A stretch of 64,000 nucleotides of DNA, from NCBI GenBank assembly GCA_963667495.1, contig OY763426.1, forward strand, positions 1,923,615-1,987,614, read 5' to 3'. Shown in pieces: positions 39,094 to 48,144 of the stretch. The DNA comes from Candidatus Binatia bacterium. Lineage in GTDB: Bacteria; Desulfobacterota; Binatia; Bin18. The notes under the pieces were generated by a model. The model did no database searches. It was not told the origin of the DNA and worked only from the letters and a program-made list of their open reading frames with translations. Within the stretch, counting starts at the first letter, position 1, and each line of letters starts with the position of its first letter. The position numbers were made by a program, and so were the translations under genes.

Positions 39094-39342
39094 TCAGGGC
39101 GGGGCTTGGTCGGGAATTTGTCCCGCAGGTTTGCTCCGGGAGCGCTTCACAACAACAACATTTTGGCCGTTGACTCGAACGGTGCGTTTATCTGAGCTAG
39201 GAGAAGACTGCTGGACCGGCTTGCGGCCACGTTCCTCCCGCCACCGTCTGAGTTGTTGTTCCAGGTCTTTCGAATTCACTCGTTCCTCCAATTGGGTCTG
39301 TTGGGTCTGTTGGGTCTGTTGGGTCTGTTGGGTCCGACCCAA
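39094..39342 (-). CDS. small basic hypothetical protein with (TQQ)n N-terminal repeat, directly downstream of rpoD
   Basis: 82-aa ORF. The N-terminal repeat is encoded by 4-5 tandem ACCCAACAG nonamers. The ORF may be spurious. Confidence 0.25.
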   Translation of the reverse strand: MGRTQQTQQTQQTQQTQLEERVNSKDLEQQLRRWREERGRKPVQQSSPSSDKRTVRVNGQNVVVVKRSRSKPAGQIPDQAPP

Positions 39343-39353
39343 CAGACTCCATG

Positions 39354-41156
39354 TTAGCTATCGATGAAGGCTTCCAGACTCTTCGCTCGGGTCGGGTTGC
39401 GCAGTTTCCGTAAGGCTTTGGCCTCAATCTGACGGATGCGCTCACGGGTTACGGCAAAGCGCTGTCCGACTTCTTCCAGCGTGTAGTCTGTCTTTTCGTC
39501 AATGCCGAACCGCATGCGCAGAATCTGCTCCTCGCGCGGCGTCAGGGTGGCAAGGACTTTGCGCGTCTGCTCCTCCAAACTCAGGGCCATCGCCGCGTCT
39601 GCCGGAGAGAGGGTCTGCCGGTCTTCAACAAAATCGCCCAGCGAACTCTCTTCATCATCGCCAATTGGCGTCTCCAGGGAGACCGGCTCTTTGACAATCT
39701 TGAGGACCTTCCTGACTTTGTCCGCCGGCACTTCCATTTGGGTGGCAATCTCTTCCGGCGAGGGTTCCCGGCCGAGCTGCTGGACCAGGTAGCGAGAGGT
39801 CCGCAACACCTTATTGATCGTCTCAATCATATGGACCGGGATCCGAATCGTCCGGGCCTGGTCGGCGATGGCGCGACTCACAGACTGTCGAATCCACCAC
39901 GTTGCATAGGTCGAGAATTTATAGCCGCGTTGATACTCAAATTTCTCAACCGCGCGCATCAGGCCGATATTGCCCTCCTGGATCAGGTCAAGAAATCCCA
40001 GCCCACGGTTGACATAGCGTTTGGCAATACTCACCACCAGGCGCAGATTGGCCTCAATGAGACGGCGCTTGCCTTCTTGAGCCTGTGCCTCTCCCCGCGT
40101 GATCGTCCGCAGGGCCTGACGCAGCTCGTCCTTATTCGTTCCCAGCTGCCTCTCAATGCGCTGAATTTCTTTGCGGGCGTCCTTGATAAGCTGACTGGCC
40201 TCTTGGAGTTTCTGCTCCTGGGCCTTTCCACCGATCTCTCTCGCTCTCGGACGGGTACTCCCATTCTTCGATGTGGATGCCCGCGCCAGCGTAATAATCT
40301 CAGACGCCTTGCAATTCAGGAGGGACTCTTGTCTGCGGATCGTCCGTTCCTGCTTGTCCAGCCTGACGCCGACTTCCTTTAATTTATCGGTGACAACCGT
40401 AATATGACGCCGACCCAAAGGCAGGCTGTCCAGTGAAGTCCTGCTCCTATCGCGGAGCGTGCCCAACCGCTTCAGCGCTTTCTCCCGCTCTGCGATAGGA
40501 CTCCGCTTGCGAGATGCTTGTGTCGCTTTCTCCCACTCTCCGGCCAGGCGCTTGAGCGACCCCATACGACTCAGAAAGAGCGTAACCCGCTGGTCTTCCT
40601 TGCCGGACGTATCCGTATCCTCTTCTTCGTCGCCAAAAATACGCCGCGCCTCTGTCTCATCCTGTTTGAGCCGACTTCCCAGAGATAAGATGTATTGGAG
40701 CGCCAGAGGAGTGGAGAAGATTTCCTGGCGAATGCACTTCTCCCCAGCCTCGATCTCTTTTGCGATCGCAACCTCCTCCTCTCGGCTCAGGAGTGGGATA
40801 TTGCCCATCTCCTGGAGGTACATCCGGACAGGGTCTGACGTGTCTCCCGTTGCAGGCTCTCCAGCCGCTACCACTCTCTCTCCCCAGCTCTCTCCGTCCT
40901 GTTTCACCGTTTCAGGAGCAGCGGTCTCCCCTTCTTCAAGAACATCAACCGTCTCAATATCCATATCTTCAAGAATGGACATGACGGTTTCCGTTTCTCG
41001 TGCCGGTTTCTCCCTTTGCGACGTTGAAGACGCAGGGGTGACAGCCCGGGCTTTTATGAGCATGGACTTTTCAGACTGCCGCGCCGCTGTCCGGGTGGAT
41101 GTCTTTTGGGAGGCTTGCAAAACAGTCGCCGTTTTTCTGTTTTCCTTTTTTTCCAT
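39354..41156 (-). CDS. rpoD: RNA polymerase sigma factor RpoD (primary sigma-70)
   Basis: [11 protein letters not shown] region 1.2, the region 2.4 block, and region 4.2 ([28 protein letters not shown]). Confidence 0.93.
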   Translation of the reverse strand: MEKKENRKTATVLQASQKTSTRTAARQSEKSMLIKARAVTPASSTSQREKPARETETVMSILEDMDIETVDVLEEGETAAPETVKQDGESWGERVVAAGEPATGDTSDPVRMYLQEMGNIPLLSREEEVAIAKEIEAGEKCIRQEIFSTPLALQYILSLGSRLKQDETEARRIFGDEEEDTDTSGKEDQRVTLFLSRMGSLKRLAGEWEKATQASRKRSPIAEREKALKRLGTLRDRSRTSLDSLPLGRRHITVVTDKLKEVGVRLDKQERTIRRQESLLNCKASEIITLARASTSKNGSTRPRAREIGGKAQEQKLQEASQLIKDARKEIQRIERQLGTNKDELRQALRTITRGEAQAQEGKRRLIEANLRLVVSIAKRYVNRGLGFLDLIQEGNIGLMRAVEKFEYQRGYKFSTYATWWIRQSVSRAIADQARTIRIPVHMIETINKVLRTSRYLVQQLGREPSPEEIATQMEVPADKVRKVLKIVKEPVSLETPIGDDEESSLGDFVEDRQTLSPADAAMALSLEEQTRKVLATLTPREEQILRMRFGIDEKTDYTLEEVGQRFAVTRERIRQIEAKALRKLRNPTRAKSLEAFIDS

Positions 41157-41482
41157 AAGATGCTTCAGCCCCCTTTACATGAACAGCATCAAAACACGAC
41201 AGGACACAGCTCCACCCTCATCCCAACGCATAGAAAAGGTACAGGGAAGGGTGGGTTGCTCCGACAGGAATGCTTCTGCTTATCTGATCCAAAAGAATTT
41301 ACAGGCGGGCCGATGCCCTTGGCTAGAGCTTTGAAAAAACAAGAATCCGCCCATGGTACGGACAGTCAGGGGGGAAGTCAAGAGAAGACTGGGTCGTGGT
41401 TCAGTTTCAAATCGCTCTTGACCTCTGAGGCGGAGCGCCCCCCTCCCTGGCCCTCCCCCTCAGAGACGCGTGATGCGAAACG

Positions 41483-41705
41483 GAACCCACCCCGGCCCTT
41501 CGGGTCACCCCTCCCAAGAGGGGAGCTTTTTTATCCCCTCCAGGGAGGGGTGAGTTTGCCCCGATCCGGCAGCCCCCCTTCTGACGAGCGCTGATTCCTG
41601 GGAATGGGCATCACACGTCAGAGGGGGGAGGGAAAATCTGCTCCCTCTCCCCTGGAGGGAGAGCCCGTCCTGAGCCCAGTCGAAGGGGGCTGGGGTGAGG
41701 GGGAA
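41483..41705. repeat. composite copy of the GC-rich repeat family (R core plus CCGTCCTGAGCCCAGTCGAAGG module)
   Basis: GAACCCACCCCGGCCCTTCGGGTCACCCCTCCCAAGAGGGGAG...ATCCCCTCCAGGGAGGGGTG, then CCCGTCCTGAGCCCAGTCGAAGGGGGCTGGGGTGAGGGGGAA. Confidence 0.8.
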
Positions 41706-41743
41706 CAAGCAAACTGAACCACGACCGAAAATCAGGCCGTGGA

Positions 41744-42349
41744 CTAATGCCTGACCCGGAGTTTCCTGAACCAGTACTGCAACCCCTGGAGCATATCCTG
41801 CTGAGCTCCGACGGAATCGGTGGCGTGGGAAATATAGACCCCCGCTTCGAGCAGCGCCCCCCACAACAGGCGGGCGAGCGCTTGGTACGGGACCTCTTCT
41901 TCGAGAAAGCCTTCCGCTTTCAACTGTTTGAAGCCAGCCGTGATGAAATTCAGGGCCGGCACGTTTGCATGCCAGATTTCCGGGCCTAACACAGCCGGGC
42001 CGTCAGTGTAAATGATGCGCTGCGCGTCCTTTTCGGACATGGCTTCAACAACTATGGTGAGGCCGGTCTCGATAAGCCGCTGCCAAGTGTCCCCATCACT
42101 CTCCTGTATCCGCCCCAGCAGCGCCTGCGTCCTTGACTGTCGAAACCGCTCAAAAACGGCCCGGAATAAATCCTCCTTATCCCGAAAATGATAATAGAGC
42201 GCCCCTCTGGTCACCTTGGCGCGTTCCACAATTTCGTTCGTGGATGTGCCGGCATACCCTTGCGTGGCAAAGAGTTCATGGGCCACGTCCAGCAATGCTA
42301 TTCTGGTCTTCTCATATTGTTCCGCTTTCGTGAGCCCTGGCTCTGCCAT
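41744..42349 (-). CDS. TetR/AcrR-family transcriptional regulator
   Basis: N-terminal HTH (GYAGTSTNEIVERAKVTRGALYYHFRDKEDLF). Confidence 0.88.
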   Translation of the reverse strand: MAEPGLTKAEQYEKTRIALLDVAHELFATQGYAGTSTNEIVERAKVTRGALYYHFRDKEDLFRAVFERFRQSRTQALLGRIQESDGDTWQRLIETGLTIVVEAMSEKDAQRIIYTDGPAVLGPEIWHANVPALNFITAGFKQLKAEGFLEEEVPYQALARLLWGALLEAGVYISHATDSVGAQQDMLQGLQYWFRKLRVRH

Positions 42350-42390
42350 GCACCCTACCCCCCTGATTTCCTTTAAGTATTGATGGGTGA

Positions 42391-42530
42391 GTCATGATAC
42401 ATATCACCTGTATTATTGAATTGCAAATGTACAGGCGATATGTATCTTTCACTCAAGGGTTGACATACAGACAACGTATATGTATTATCAGCCCAACATA
42501 CAGACGATATATATTCTAAGGTTGTCAGTC
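42391..42530. promoter_or_regulatory. array of four related ATACAKAY...ATATGTAT sites in the tetR / tadD-like divergent intergenic region (candidate operator)
   Basis: ATACATATCACCTGTAT and its near-inverted copy TACAGGCGATATGTAT. ATACAGACAACGTATATGTAT and ATACAGACGATATATAT follow downstream. Confidence 0.4.
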
Positions 42531-42658
42531 GAAAGGCGTTGAGGGACGCCTGAAATATGACTCACTGTAAAGACACCTGGATAACGTTTGGCAGGGATTC
42601 TCAGGGCAGCGCAACGCATTGAACCGAGTCCACTCGGACTTGACATCCACTATGAAAC

Positions 42659-43390
42659 ATGAAGACCTTCTCTTCTCTTCTCTTCTCTTCTCTTCTCTTC
42701 TCTTCTCTGAGCGCGTGTAGCAGCGTATCAGTCGGAAGAGGAGTGTTGGACCCGGCCCAACAGCAGATGTTGGACCGCGGCCTGGAAGTGTCGTCCGTGG
42801 CCGTAAAAACCGGCCAGCCCGTTGCGGCCGGGCGGATGTACGAACGCCTGTCCACCTCCTTCCCGAGCGCCCCGGAACCGAAACTCGGACTGGCCTATAT
42901 GGCCCTGCACGCCGGTGACTTTGCGACCGCCGACGCCCTGTTCACCGAAGCCAGCAGCCTGGCAACGTTGCCGGCCCTCAAGGCCGAGGCCCTGCTCGGC
43001 GCCGGGCGGGCCAGTCTGGGACGCGAAGACCTCGCCACGGCCAGGACCCATTTTCTTGCCGCCGCCGAACTGGCCACCGGCACCTCGGTCGCGCCCTGGG
43101 TCATGAACGGTCTGGCGGTCGTGGCCGCGCTTGAGGGCGATTATCCCTTGGCCGAACAGCATTACAAAGCAGCGCTGGCCGTGGCGGCGCATCCGCTCAT
43201 CACCGCCAACCTGCTGCGGACGCTCGTCGAATCGGGCCGCCTCGACGCAGCCCGCCAACTCCACGCCAGCCGTGACGACACCTACTGGGCGGAAAGCGAC
43301 CGGGTCGAGTTGCCACAACTGCTCAAAAACAACGACAGAACCCACCCCGGCCCTACGGGCCACCCCTCCGAGGAGGGGAGCAGATTATAA
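42659..43390 (+). CDS. TPR-like lipoprotein, TadD-like candidate
   Basis: Lipobox LSAC. The signal peptide carries FSSLL repeats. TPR-like helical content. The last 17 codons and the stop come from a repeat-family copy (THPGPTGHPSEEGSRL*). Confidence 0.55.
   Translation: MKTFSSLLFSSLLFSSLSACSSVSVGRGVLDPAQQQMLDRGLEVSSVAVKTGQPVAAGRMYERLSTSFPSAPEPKLGLAYMALHAGDFATADALFTEASSLATLPALKAEALLGAGRASLGREDLATARTHFLAAAELATGTSVAPWVMNGLAVVAALEGDYPLAEQHYKAALAVAAHPLITANLLRTLVESGRLDAARQLHASRDDTYWAESDRVELPQLLKNNDRTHPGPTGHPSEEGSRL
42668..42710 (+). repeat. pentanucleotide (TTCTC/CTTCT)n simple-sequence tract inside the signal-peptide coding region
   Basis: At least 6 tandem pentamers are visible. The ORF-track translation (FSSLL-FSSLL-FSSL, and REEKR x3 on the opposite strand) implies about 8 units. 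Confidence 0.85.
43338..43385. repeat. half-copy of repeat family R forming the 3' end of the TadD-like gene
   Basis: GAACCCACCCCGGCCCTACGGGCCACCCCTCCGAGGAGGGGAG. Confidence 0.8.
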
Positions 43391-43416
43391 AGAGGGGATT
43401 AAGGGGGGAGAAGAAA

Positions 43417-44676
43417 GTGAAGATGAATACCAGGCAAAAGACCCCCAAGCCGGACCGGCCGCTCCACCGCTCACTGTGGGCACTCAGCCTCGGTCTGGCG
43501 TTCAGCCTCGGGTTTGCTGAACACGGAGTGACGGCAGAGCCGATCAAGCCGATCCCGGTCATGACCGAGGTGAACGAAGCCAAAGCCGCACTCGGCAGGC
43601 GGCTGTTCCACGACACGAGACTCTCCAAGAACGATACAGTCTCCTGCGCCACCTGCCACGACCTGAGTGCCGGCGGGGATGACGGACAGGTCGTATCCAT
43701 CGGTATTGAGGGCCGGCCCGGGCTGGTGAACGCGCCCACCGTGTTCAACTCCGGTTACAATTTCAAACAGTTCTGGGACGGCCGGGCGCACACCCTCGAA
43801 GAGCAGGTTGACGGCCCGTTACAGAGTCGCATCGAGATGGAAAGCATCTGGCCCGATGTCGTAACCAAACTCTTCCAGGACGAGGACTATCCCCGCCTGT
43901 TCCAGCAGGTGTATCCCAACGACGCTCAGGCGATTTCACGCCAGAACATCAAAGACGCCATCGCCGAGTTCCAGCGTTCCCTCATCACCCCCAACAGTCG
44001 CTTTGACCAGTGGCTCAGGGGCAATGTCGAAGCCCTCAACGAACAGGAGAGAGAAGGCTACGCCTTGTTCAAGCGCTACGGCTGCGTGTCCTGTCATCAG
44101 GGGGCAAATGTGGGCGGCAATATGTTTCAAGTCTTCGGCGTGATTAACGACTATTTCAGAAAGCGGGGCAATATCACCGACGCCGACCTCGGACGCTTCA
44201 ACGTCACCGGGAACGAGGTCGACAAACACGCCTTCAAAGTTCCGAGCCTGCGCATGGCCGCGCATACGGCCCCCTATCTGCACGACGGCAGCGCAGCGAC
44301 CTTACGCGACGCGGTCGATGCCATGTTCGAGTTCCAACTCGGACGGGAAGCGCCGGATGAGGACAAGGAGGCCATCGTGGCCTTCATCAAGACTCTGGCC
44401 GGAGAATTCCAAGAAAATAATGACGGCTTTGACTTCAGGCAGGGTCCGACCTCTGCTGAGTTCCGGGAAAGCCTCAACGGCAACCTTGGGCAGCGTGCGG
44501 CACCGACCGGAGTCCAGGAAATCTCTACGACAGGTGCCGCTCAGGAGAGTCCTCCTGCGGACATCGCCGAAACAATTTCCCAAAACGGCTCAGCCCGCCC
44601 GCTGCGCACGGGCCGAACCGCCAGAACAAAATCCAAAGTAGGACGGGCAACGGGCCCGGTCCGTTCGGGACGATAA
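43417..44676 (+). CDS. di-haem cytochrome c peroxidase (CCP/MauG family), secreted
   Basis: Two CxxCH haem motifs (CATCH, CVSCH) and a signal peptide. Low-complexity C-terminal tail. Confidence 0.85.
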   Translation: MKMNTRQKTPKPDRPLHRSLWALSLGLAFSLGFAEHGVTAEPIKPIPVMTEVNEAKAALGRRLFHDTRLSKNDTVSCATCHDLSAGGDDGQVVSIGIEGRPGLVNAPTVFNSGYNFKQFWDGRAHTLEEQVDGPLQSRIEMESIWPDVVTKLFQDEDYPRLFQQVYPNDAQAISRQNIKDAIAEFQRSLITPNSRFDQWLRGNVEALNEQEREGYALFKRYGCVSCHQGANVGGNMFQVFGVINDYFRKRGNITDADLGRFNVTGNEVDKHAFKVPSLRMAAHTAPYLHDGSAATLRDAVDAMFEFQLGREAPDEDKEAIVAFIKTLAGEFQENNDGFDFRQGPTSAEFRESLNGNLGQRAAPTGVQEISTTGAAQESPPADIAETISQNGSARPLRTGRTARTKSKVGRATGPVRSGR

Positions 44677-44707
44677 CCCACACTGAAGCCACCGAGGAAT
44701 CAGCGCC

Positions 44708-46510
44708 ATGAAATCCAAATCAATCACTATCGGCATCTTCCTGTCAGTCCTCTTTGTCGTAACCGCCGCCGGATTCTACTGGATGGCCGCGCAGGCCAAA
44801 GCCGGCGAGCATCATCTCGCCATTGCCACCGTACAACGGATTCAGCAAATCGAATCGCAGTGGAGTGTCGAAGTGGCCCGCGTCCGCTCCGACCCCTTTG
44901 CCGACTTCGACACCCTGACCCAATTCATCCCCCGGATGGAGCGCCTCAAGGATACCCTGGCGAGCGCTATCCGAAACACGTCCAGCCTGCCGAGCCGCTT
45001 GGTCAACACCACCAATGCCTACCTGAGCGCCGTTACCGCCAAGGAGGAACGCATTGAGCGCTTCAAGACCGGCTACGCCGTGCTGCGCAATTCCGTGCGC
45101 TATCTGCCCCTGGCCGCCACCAATGTGATGCAGCAGATGCAGACCAATGGGGCCAACCCGGCTTTCATCAAGAATGTGGCGACCGTCACCGACGATATCA
45201 ACACCTATCTGGCGAGCCCGGCCCCCCCGGAAAAGGAGCGCCTGACGCGGGTGCTGTCCGAACTGGGCAACAACATTGCGACCCGCCATCCCCCGCTGGT
45301 CAATACGGCCATGAACTTTGTCGCCCACGGCCAGGTCCTGCTCGAAAAGCAGGGGCCGACCGAAGAGATATTCCAGGAGGCGACCTCCGATCAAATCAGC
45401 GAGCTGGGCGGCACCATCATCAAAGGGTTGGAGGATGAAATAGACCGGACCGAGGCCCTGGCCACCTGGTACGAGCGCGGCATCATCGGCACGGGCATCG
45501 CCCTGTGGCTGATGTGGTTGACCATCGCGGTCAAAGCGCCCAGGGGCAAAGACCAACGGAACAGAGGCAGCACAGCAGTCCTGCCGCAAAATCCGTTACT
45601 GCTGAGAGAACAGGCCGGTCCCAGACCGGACGAAGGACTCGACCGCCTGACTGCGGACCTCATGAAAACCGGACCGATCAACACCGAAGAGAGCGACTCA
45701 ACCGCTGCCGCAGAGTTCACGGCCTACCAGGTCGGGGTGGATATCGCCGCCGAGCATTTGATGACCCTGGTCGAGCGTATCAAAAGCAGCACCTCAATGC
45801 TGGCCGACGTATCGGACCAGCCGGCTCCCAATGGGGTGGAGGGGGCCGACCTGCTGAGCCAGCCGACTGACGATGAGACGGAAAGTGCCGACCTGCCAGC
45901 CCCGCCGGCGGACAATGGCATGGCGTCTGCCGCCGACCCGGCGGACAAGGACTGGGGCATGACGGCCGCGGTCGTCGCCAACATCCACACGCAGACCGAC
46001 GACATCATGGAGTTGGCGAAGCGCCTGCCCGCGCTGGCACCCAAACGCGACGGGGGCTACACTCAGCTTGACCTCAACGACTCCCTCGACGAAATCGCCG
46101 ACACCATCCAGGCCACGAGTCGGTCGCTGGTCGTCAAGGAACTGAACCCCCTCCCGACCATACCGGCCTCGGAACACGAGGTTTCTCTGATGTTCACCAG
46201 TATCATGGAGAACGCCGCGTTAGCGATTCAGGAACGGGGCCAGAAAAAGGGTATCATTCGGGTGGAGACCAAACAGCAGGCCGACCACATTGAGGTCACC
46301 ATCACGGACAATGGAACTGGCATCCGGCCCGAGCGGCACAAGAAGGTTTTCAGCCCGTTCTACACCACCCGAGACGGGGCCTTGGGCATGGGCCTCACCA
46401 CGGCCCAATACCTGGCGGAGAAATACAACGGCGCCATCCGAATGAACTCCATCCCAAACCGCGGCACGGCCATCCAGGTGTCCCTGCCCATCCACACGCA
46501 TGCGCAATAA
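44708..46510 (+). CDS. membrane sensor histidine kinase-like protein (periplasmic sensor domain + HATPase_c)
   Basis: N-terminal TM, a ~240-aa extracytoplasmic domain, a second TM, then a C-terminal GHKL ATPase (N box ENAALA, G1 DNGTGI, G2 GMGL). No clear HisKA H-box recognised. Confidence 0.7.
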   Translation: MKSKSITIGIFLSVLFVVTAAGFYWMAAQAKAGEHHLAIATVQRIQQIESQWSVEVARVRSDPFADFDTLTQFIPRMERLKDTLASAIRNTSSLPSRLVNTTNAYLSAVTAKEERIERFKTGYAVLRNSVRYLPLAATNVMQQMQTNGANPAFIKNVATVTDDINTYLASPAPPEKERLTRVLSELGNNIATRHPPLVNTAMNFVAHGQVLLEKQGPTEEIFQEATSDQISELGGTIIKGLEDEIDRTEALATWYERGIIGTGIALWLMWLTIAVKAPRGKDQRNRGSTAVLPQNPLLLREQAGPRPDEGLDRLTADLMKTGPINTEESDSTAAAEFTAYQVGVDIAAEHLMTLVERIKSSTSMLADVSDQPAPNGVEGADLLSQPTDDETESADLPAPPADNGMASAADPADKDWGMTAAVVANIHTQTDDIMELAKRLPALAPKRDGGYTQLDLNDSLDEIADTIQATSRSLVVKELNPLPTIPASEHEVSLMFTSIMENAALAIQERGQKKGIIRVETKQQADHIEVTITDNGTGIRPERHKKVFSPFYTTRDGALGMGLTTAQYLAEKYNGAIRMNSIPNRGTAIQVSLPIHTHAQ

Positions 46511-47288
46511 GGGAGTCGCACAGGAGGGATCACGTATGTTTCCTATCGATCGGGCCTCAGTTTTGTTGCGTGCTTTTCCCAGGAATCGCCGCTCGCGGTC
46601 CGGGGCCAACCCACCCCGGCCCGTTGGGCCACCCCTCCAAGGAGGGGATTTTTTCCTATCCCCTCCTTGGAGGGGTGCCGCGTCAGCGGCGGGGTGGGTT
46701 CCCCCCGCCCGCCAGACAACACTATCTGCATCACACCTCACCCATTTCACCCGGTTTCTCACCTGCCGGCGCGGCGCCGTGGCCCTGGAGAGCGCCCTTG
46801 CCGTCATCCCCCTCATCATCTGTCTGGTCGGGGTGTTCGAGATAGTCCAGAGCGTCTTTGTCCGCGACCTGATCCAGCGCGCCGCCTACCAGACCGCTTA
46901 TGAAAATGTGCTCTACGACGGCGCGGCCAGTAACGCCGCTGAGTTGCTCACGCGCTACCGTAATGCGCTCAACGGCGAGGTTGGCGGGCTTCTCAGCTTT
47001 GCCCTGGACGGTGAAGGCGCGTGTAGTGAGACGCCGCCTGCGGGCAGCCCGGCGGTGGACTTCTGCCTGAAGGTCTGCATCACCGCTTACGACAGTCCCT
47101 CCGCTATACCGTCCGATGGAGAGAATTCCTGCGACGACGCCAAGCTCGGTGGCGATGCCGGCGACATAGTGGTGGTCACCGTGGTGGCAACGTCCCAGTC
47201 CGCGCTGAGCGAACTCCAGCAGGGTTTCTTTGGTGACAATGGCATGATGGTCACCGCGGTCAGGCGCAACGAGCTGGAGGCAGCATAG
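46500..47288 (+). CDS. TadE-like pseudopilin family protein; N-terminal leader read through a repeat copy; start uncertain (likely ATG ~46537 after GGAGGG)
   Basis: RRGAVALESALAVIPLIICLVGVFE TadE N-terminal motif immediately after the repeat-encoded ANPPRPVGPPLQGGD...GWVPPARQ. Confidence 0.6.
   Translation: MRNKGVAQEGSRMFPIDRASVLLRAFPRNRRSRSGANPPRPVGPPLQGGDFFLSPPWRGAASAAGWVPPARQTTLSASHLTHFTRFLTCRRGAVALESALAVIPLIICLVGVFEIVQSVFVRDLIQRAAYQTAYENVLYDGAASNAAELLTRYRNALNGEVGGLLSFALDGEGACSETPPAGSPAVDFCLKVCITAYDSPSAIPSDGENSCDDAKLGGDAGDIVVVTVVATSQSALSELQQGFFGDNGMMVTAVRRNELEAA
46607..46702. repeat. full copy of repeat family R inside the 5' part of the TadE-like ORF
   Basis: CAACCCACCCCGGCCCGTTGGGCCACCCCTCCAAGGAGGGGAT..ATCCCCTCCTTGGAGGGGTGCCGCGTCAGCGGCGGGGTGGGTTCC. 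Confidence 0.85.
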
Positions 47289-47289
47289 C

Positions 47290-48135
47290 ATGGCCGGACG
47301 ACGACAAGCCCTTCCCGGAGCGGGTTCCCCCGGGTCGCCGGGGGCGAAACCCACCCCGGCCTCCTTCGACGGGACTCAGGACCGGCTTCGCCAAGCTCAG
47401 GACCACCCCTCCCGAGAGGGGATAAAGGAACCCACCCCGGCCCTTCGGGCCACCCCTCCGAGGAGGGGAGCAGAATATCCCCTCCTCGGAGGGAAAGAGG
47501 AAACGTATCCTCCAACAGACCGGAGATGCTGGACACGTTTCCTCTTTGTGCCGCGTCAGCGGCGGGGTGGGTTCCCCCGGGCGGTAGGGTGGGTTTTCCG
47601 CGCCGCCCGGCAATTCCTGCGCAATACGCGCGGCGCGGCCGCGCTGGAGAGCGCGATTGGGGCCGTTGTCCTCGTCACCACATCAACCCTGGCCTTCGAT
47701 CTGTACACGCGGGCAACCACAACCGCGACCGGCCTGAACGTCGCGGTCACGGTCGCCGACTATGTGAGTCTGGAAAAGGAGCCGAAGGCATCCGAGATGA
47801 CGGCCCTGGCCACATTCCTGCACGGCGAATTCTTCCCCCAGGCCGATGCCGCCTTCGTCGTCACCGCCGTCCAGGGCGCAACCGGTGAGAACCAGAAGTG
47901 GACGTGGAGCAAACAGATTCTCGTCGATGCAGACGCCATCACTGACCCCGACCTGGCCACGTGCAGCCAGGTTGCCGGAGCGGATAACAAAGCAACACTG
48001 CCCACCGCCCTCGCGCTGAAAGCCAACGAAATCGTGGTCGTGGCCGAGGTCTGCGTCAAACACGCGGGCGGGGTATCCTACTATCATCACATCCTGCCCC
48101 CCCGCTCCGAGAATGCGCCAGTCCTTCAGTCCTGA
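47290..48135 (+). CDS. second TadE/TadF-like pseudopilin family protein; 5' region composed of repeat copies; start uncertain
   Basis: ARQFLRNTRGAAALESAIGAVVLVTTSTLAFDLY TadE-like motif after ~100 repeat-derived codons. Confidence 0.55.
   Translation: MAGRRQALPGAGSPGSPGAKPTPASFDGTQDRLRQAQDHPSREGIKEPTPALRATPPRRGAEYPLLGGKEETYPPTDRRCWTRFLFVPRQRRGGFPRAVGWVFRAARQFLRNTRGAAALESAIGAVVLVTTSTLAFDLYTRATTTATGLNVAVTVADYVSLEKEPKASEMTALATFLHGEFFPQADAAFVVTAVQGATGENQKWTWSKQILVDADAITDPDLATCSQVAGADNKATLPTALALKANEIVVVAEVCVKHAGGVSYYHHILPPRSENAPVLQS
47346..47600. repeat. composite repeat block (two R cores plus GAAAGAGGAAACGTATCCTCC..GGACACGTTTCCTCTTTG module)
   Basis: Modules as named, ending CCGCGTCAGCGGCGGGGTGGGTTCC. 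Confidence 0.85.
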
Positions 48136-48144
48136 GATTCTGCC

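Noticed and set aside
39197-39445. 82-aa minus-strand ORF with DPT repeats
   Set aside because: Alternative frame of the nonamer repeat overlapping the rpoD 3' end.
42601-42855. 84-aa minus-strand ORF with REEKR repeats
   Set aside because: Reverse-strand translation of the (CTTCT)n tract inside the lipoprotein gene.
44744-45589. 281-aa minus-strand ORF
   Set aside because: Antisense to the sensor kinase gene.
46543-46903. Short ORFs on both strands (46543-46734 minus, 46570-46845 plus, 46667-46903 plus)
   Set aside because: Alternative-frame readings of the stop-free repeat copy at 46607-46702.
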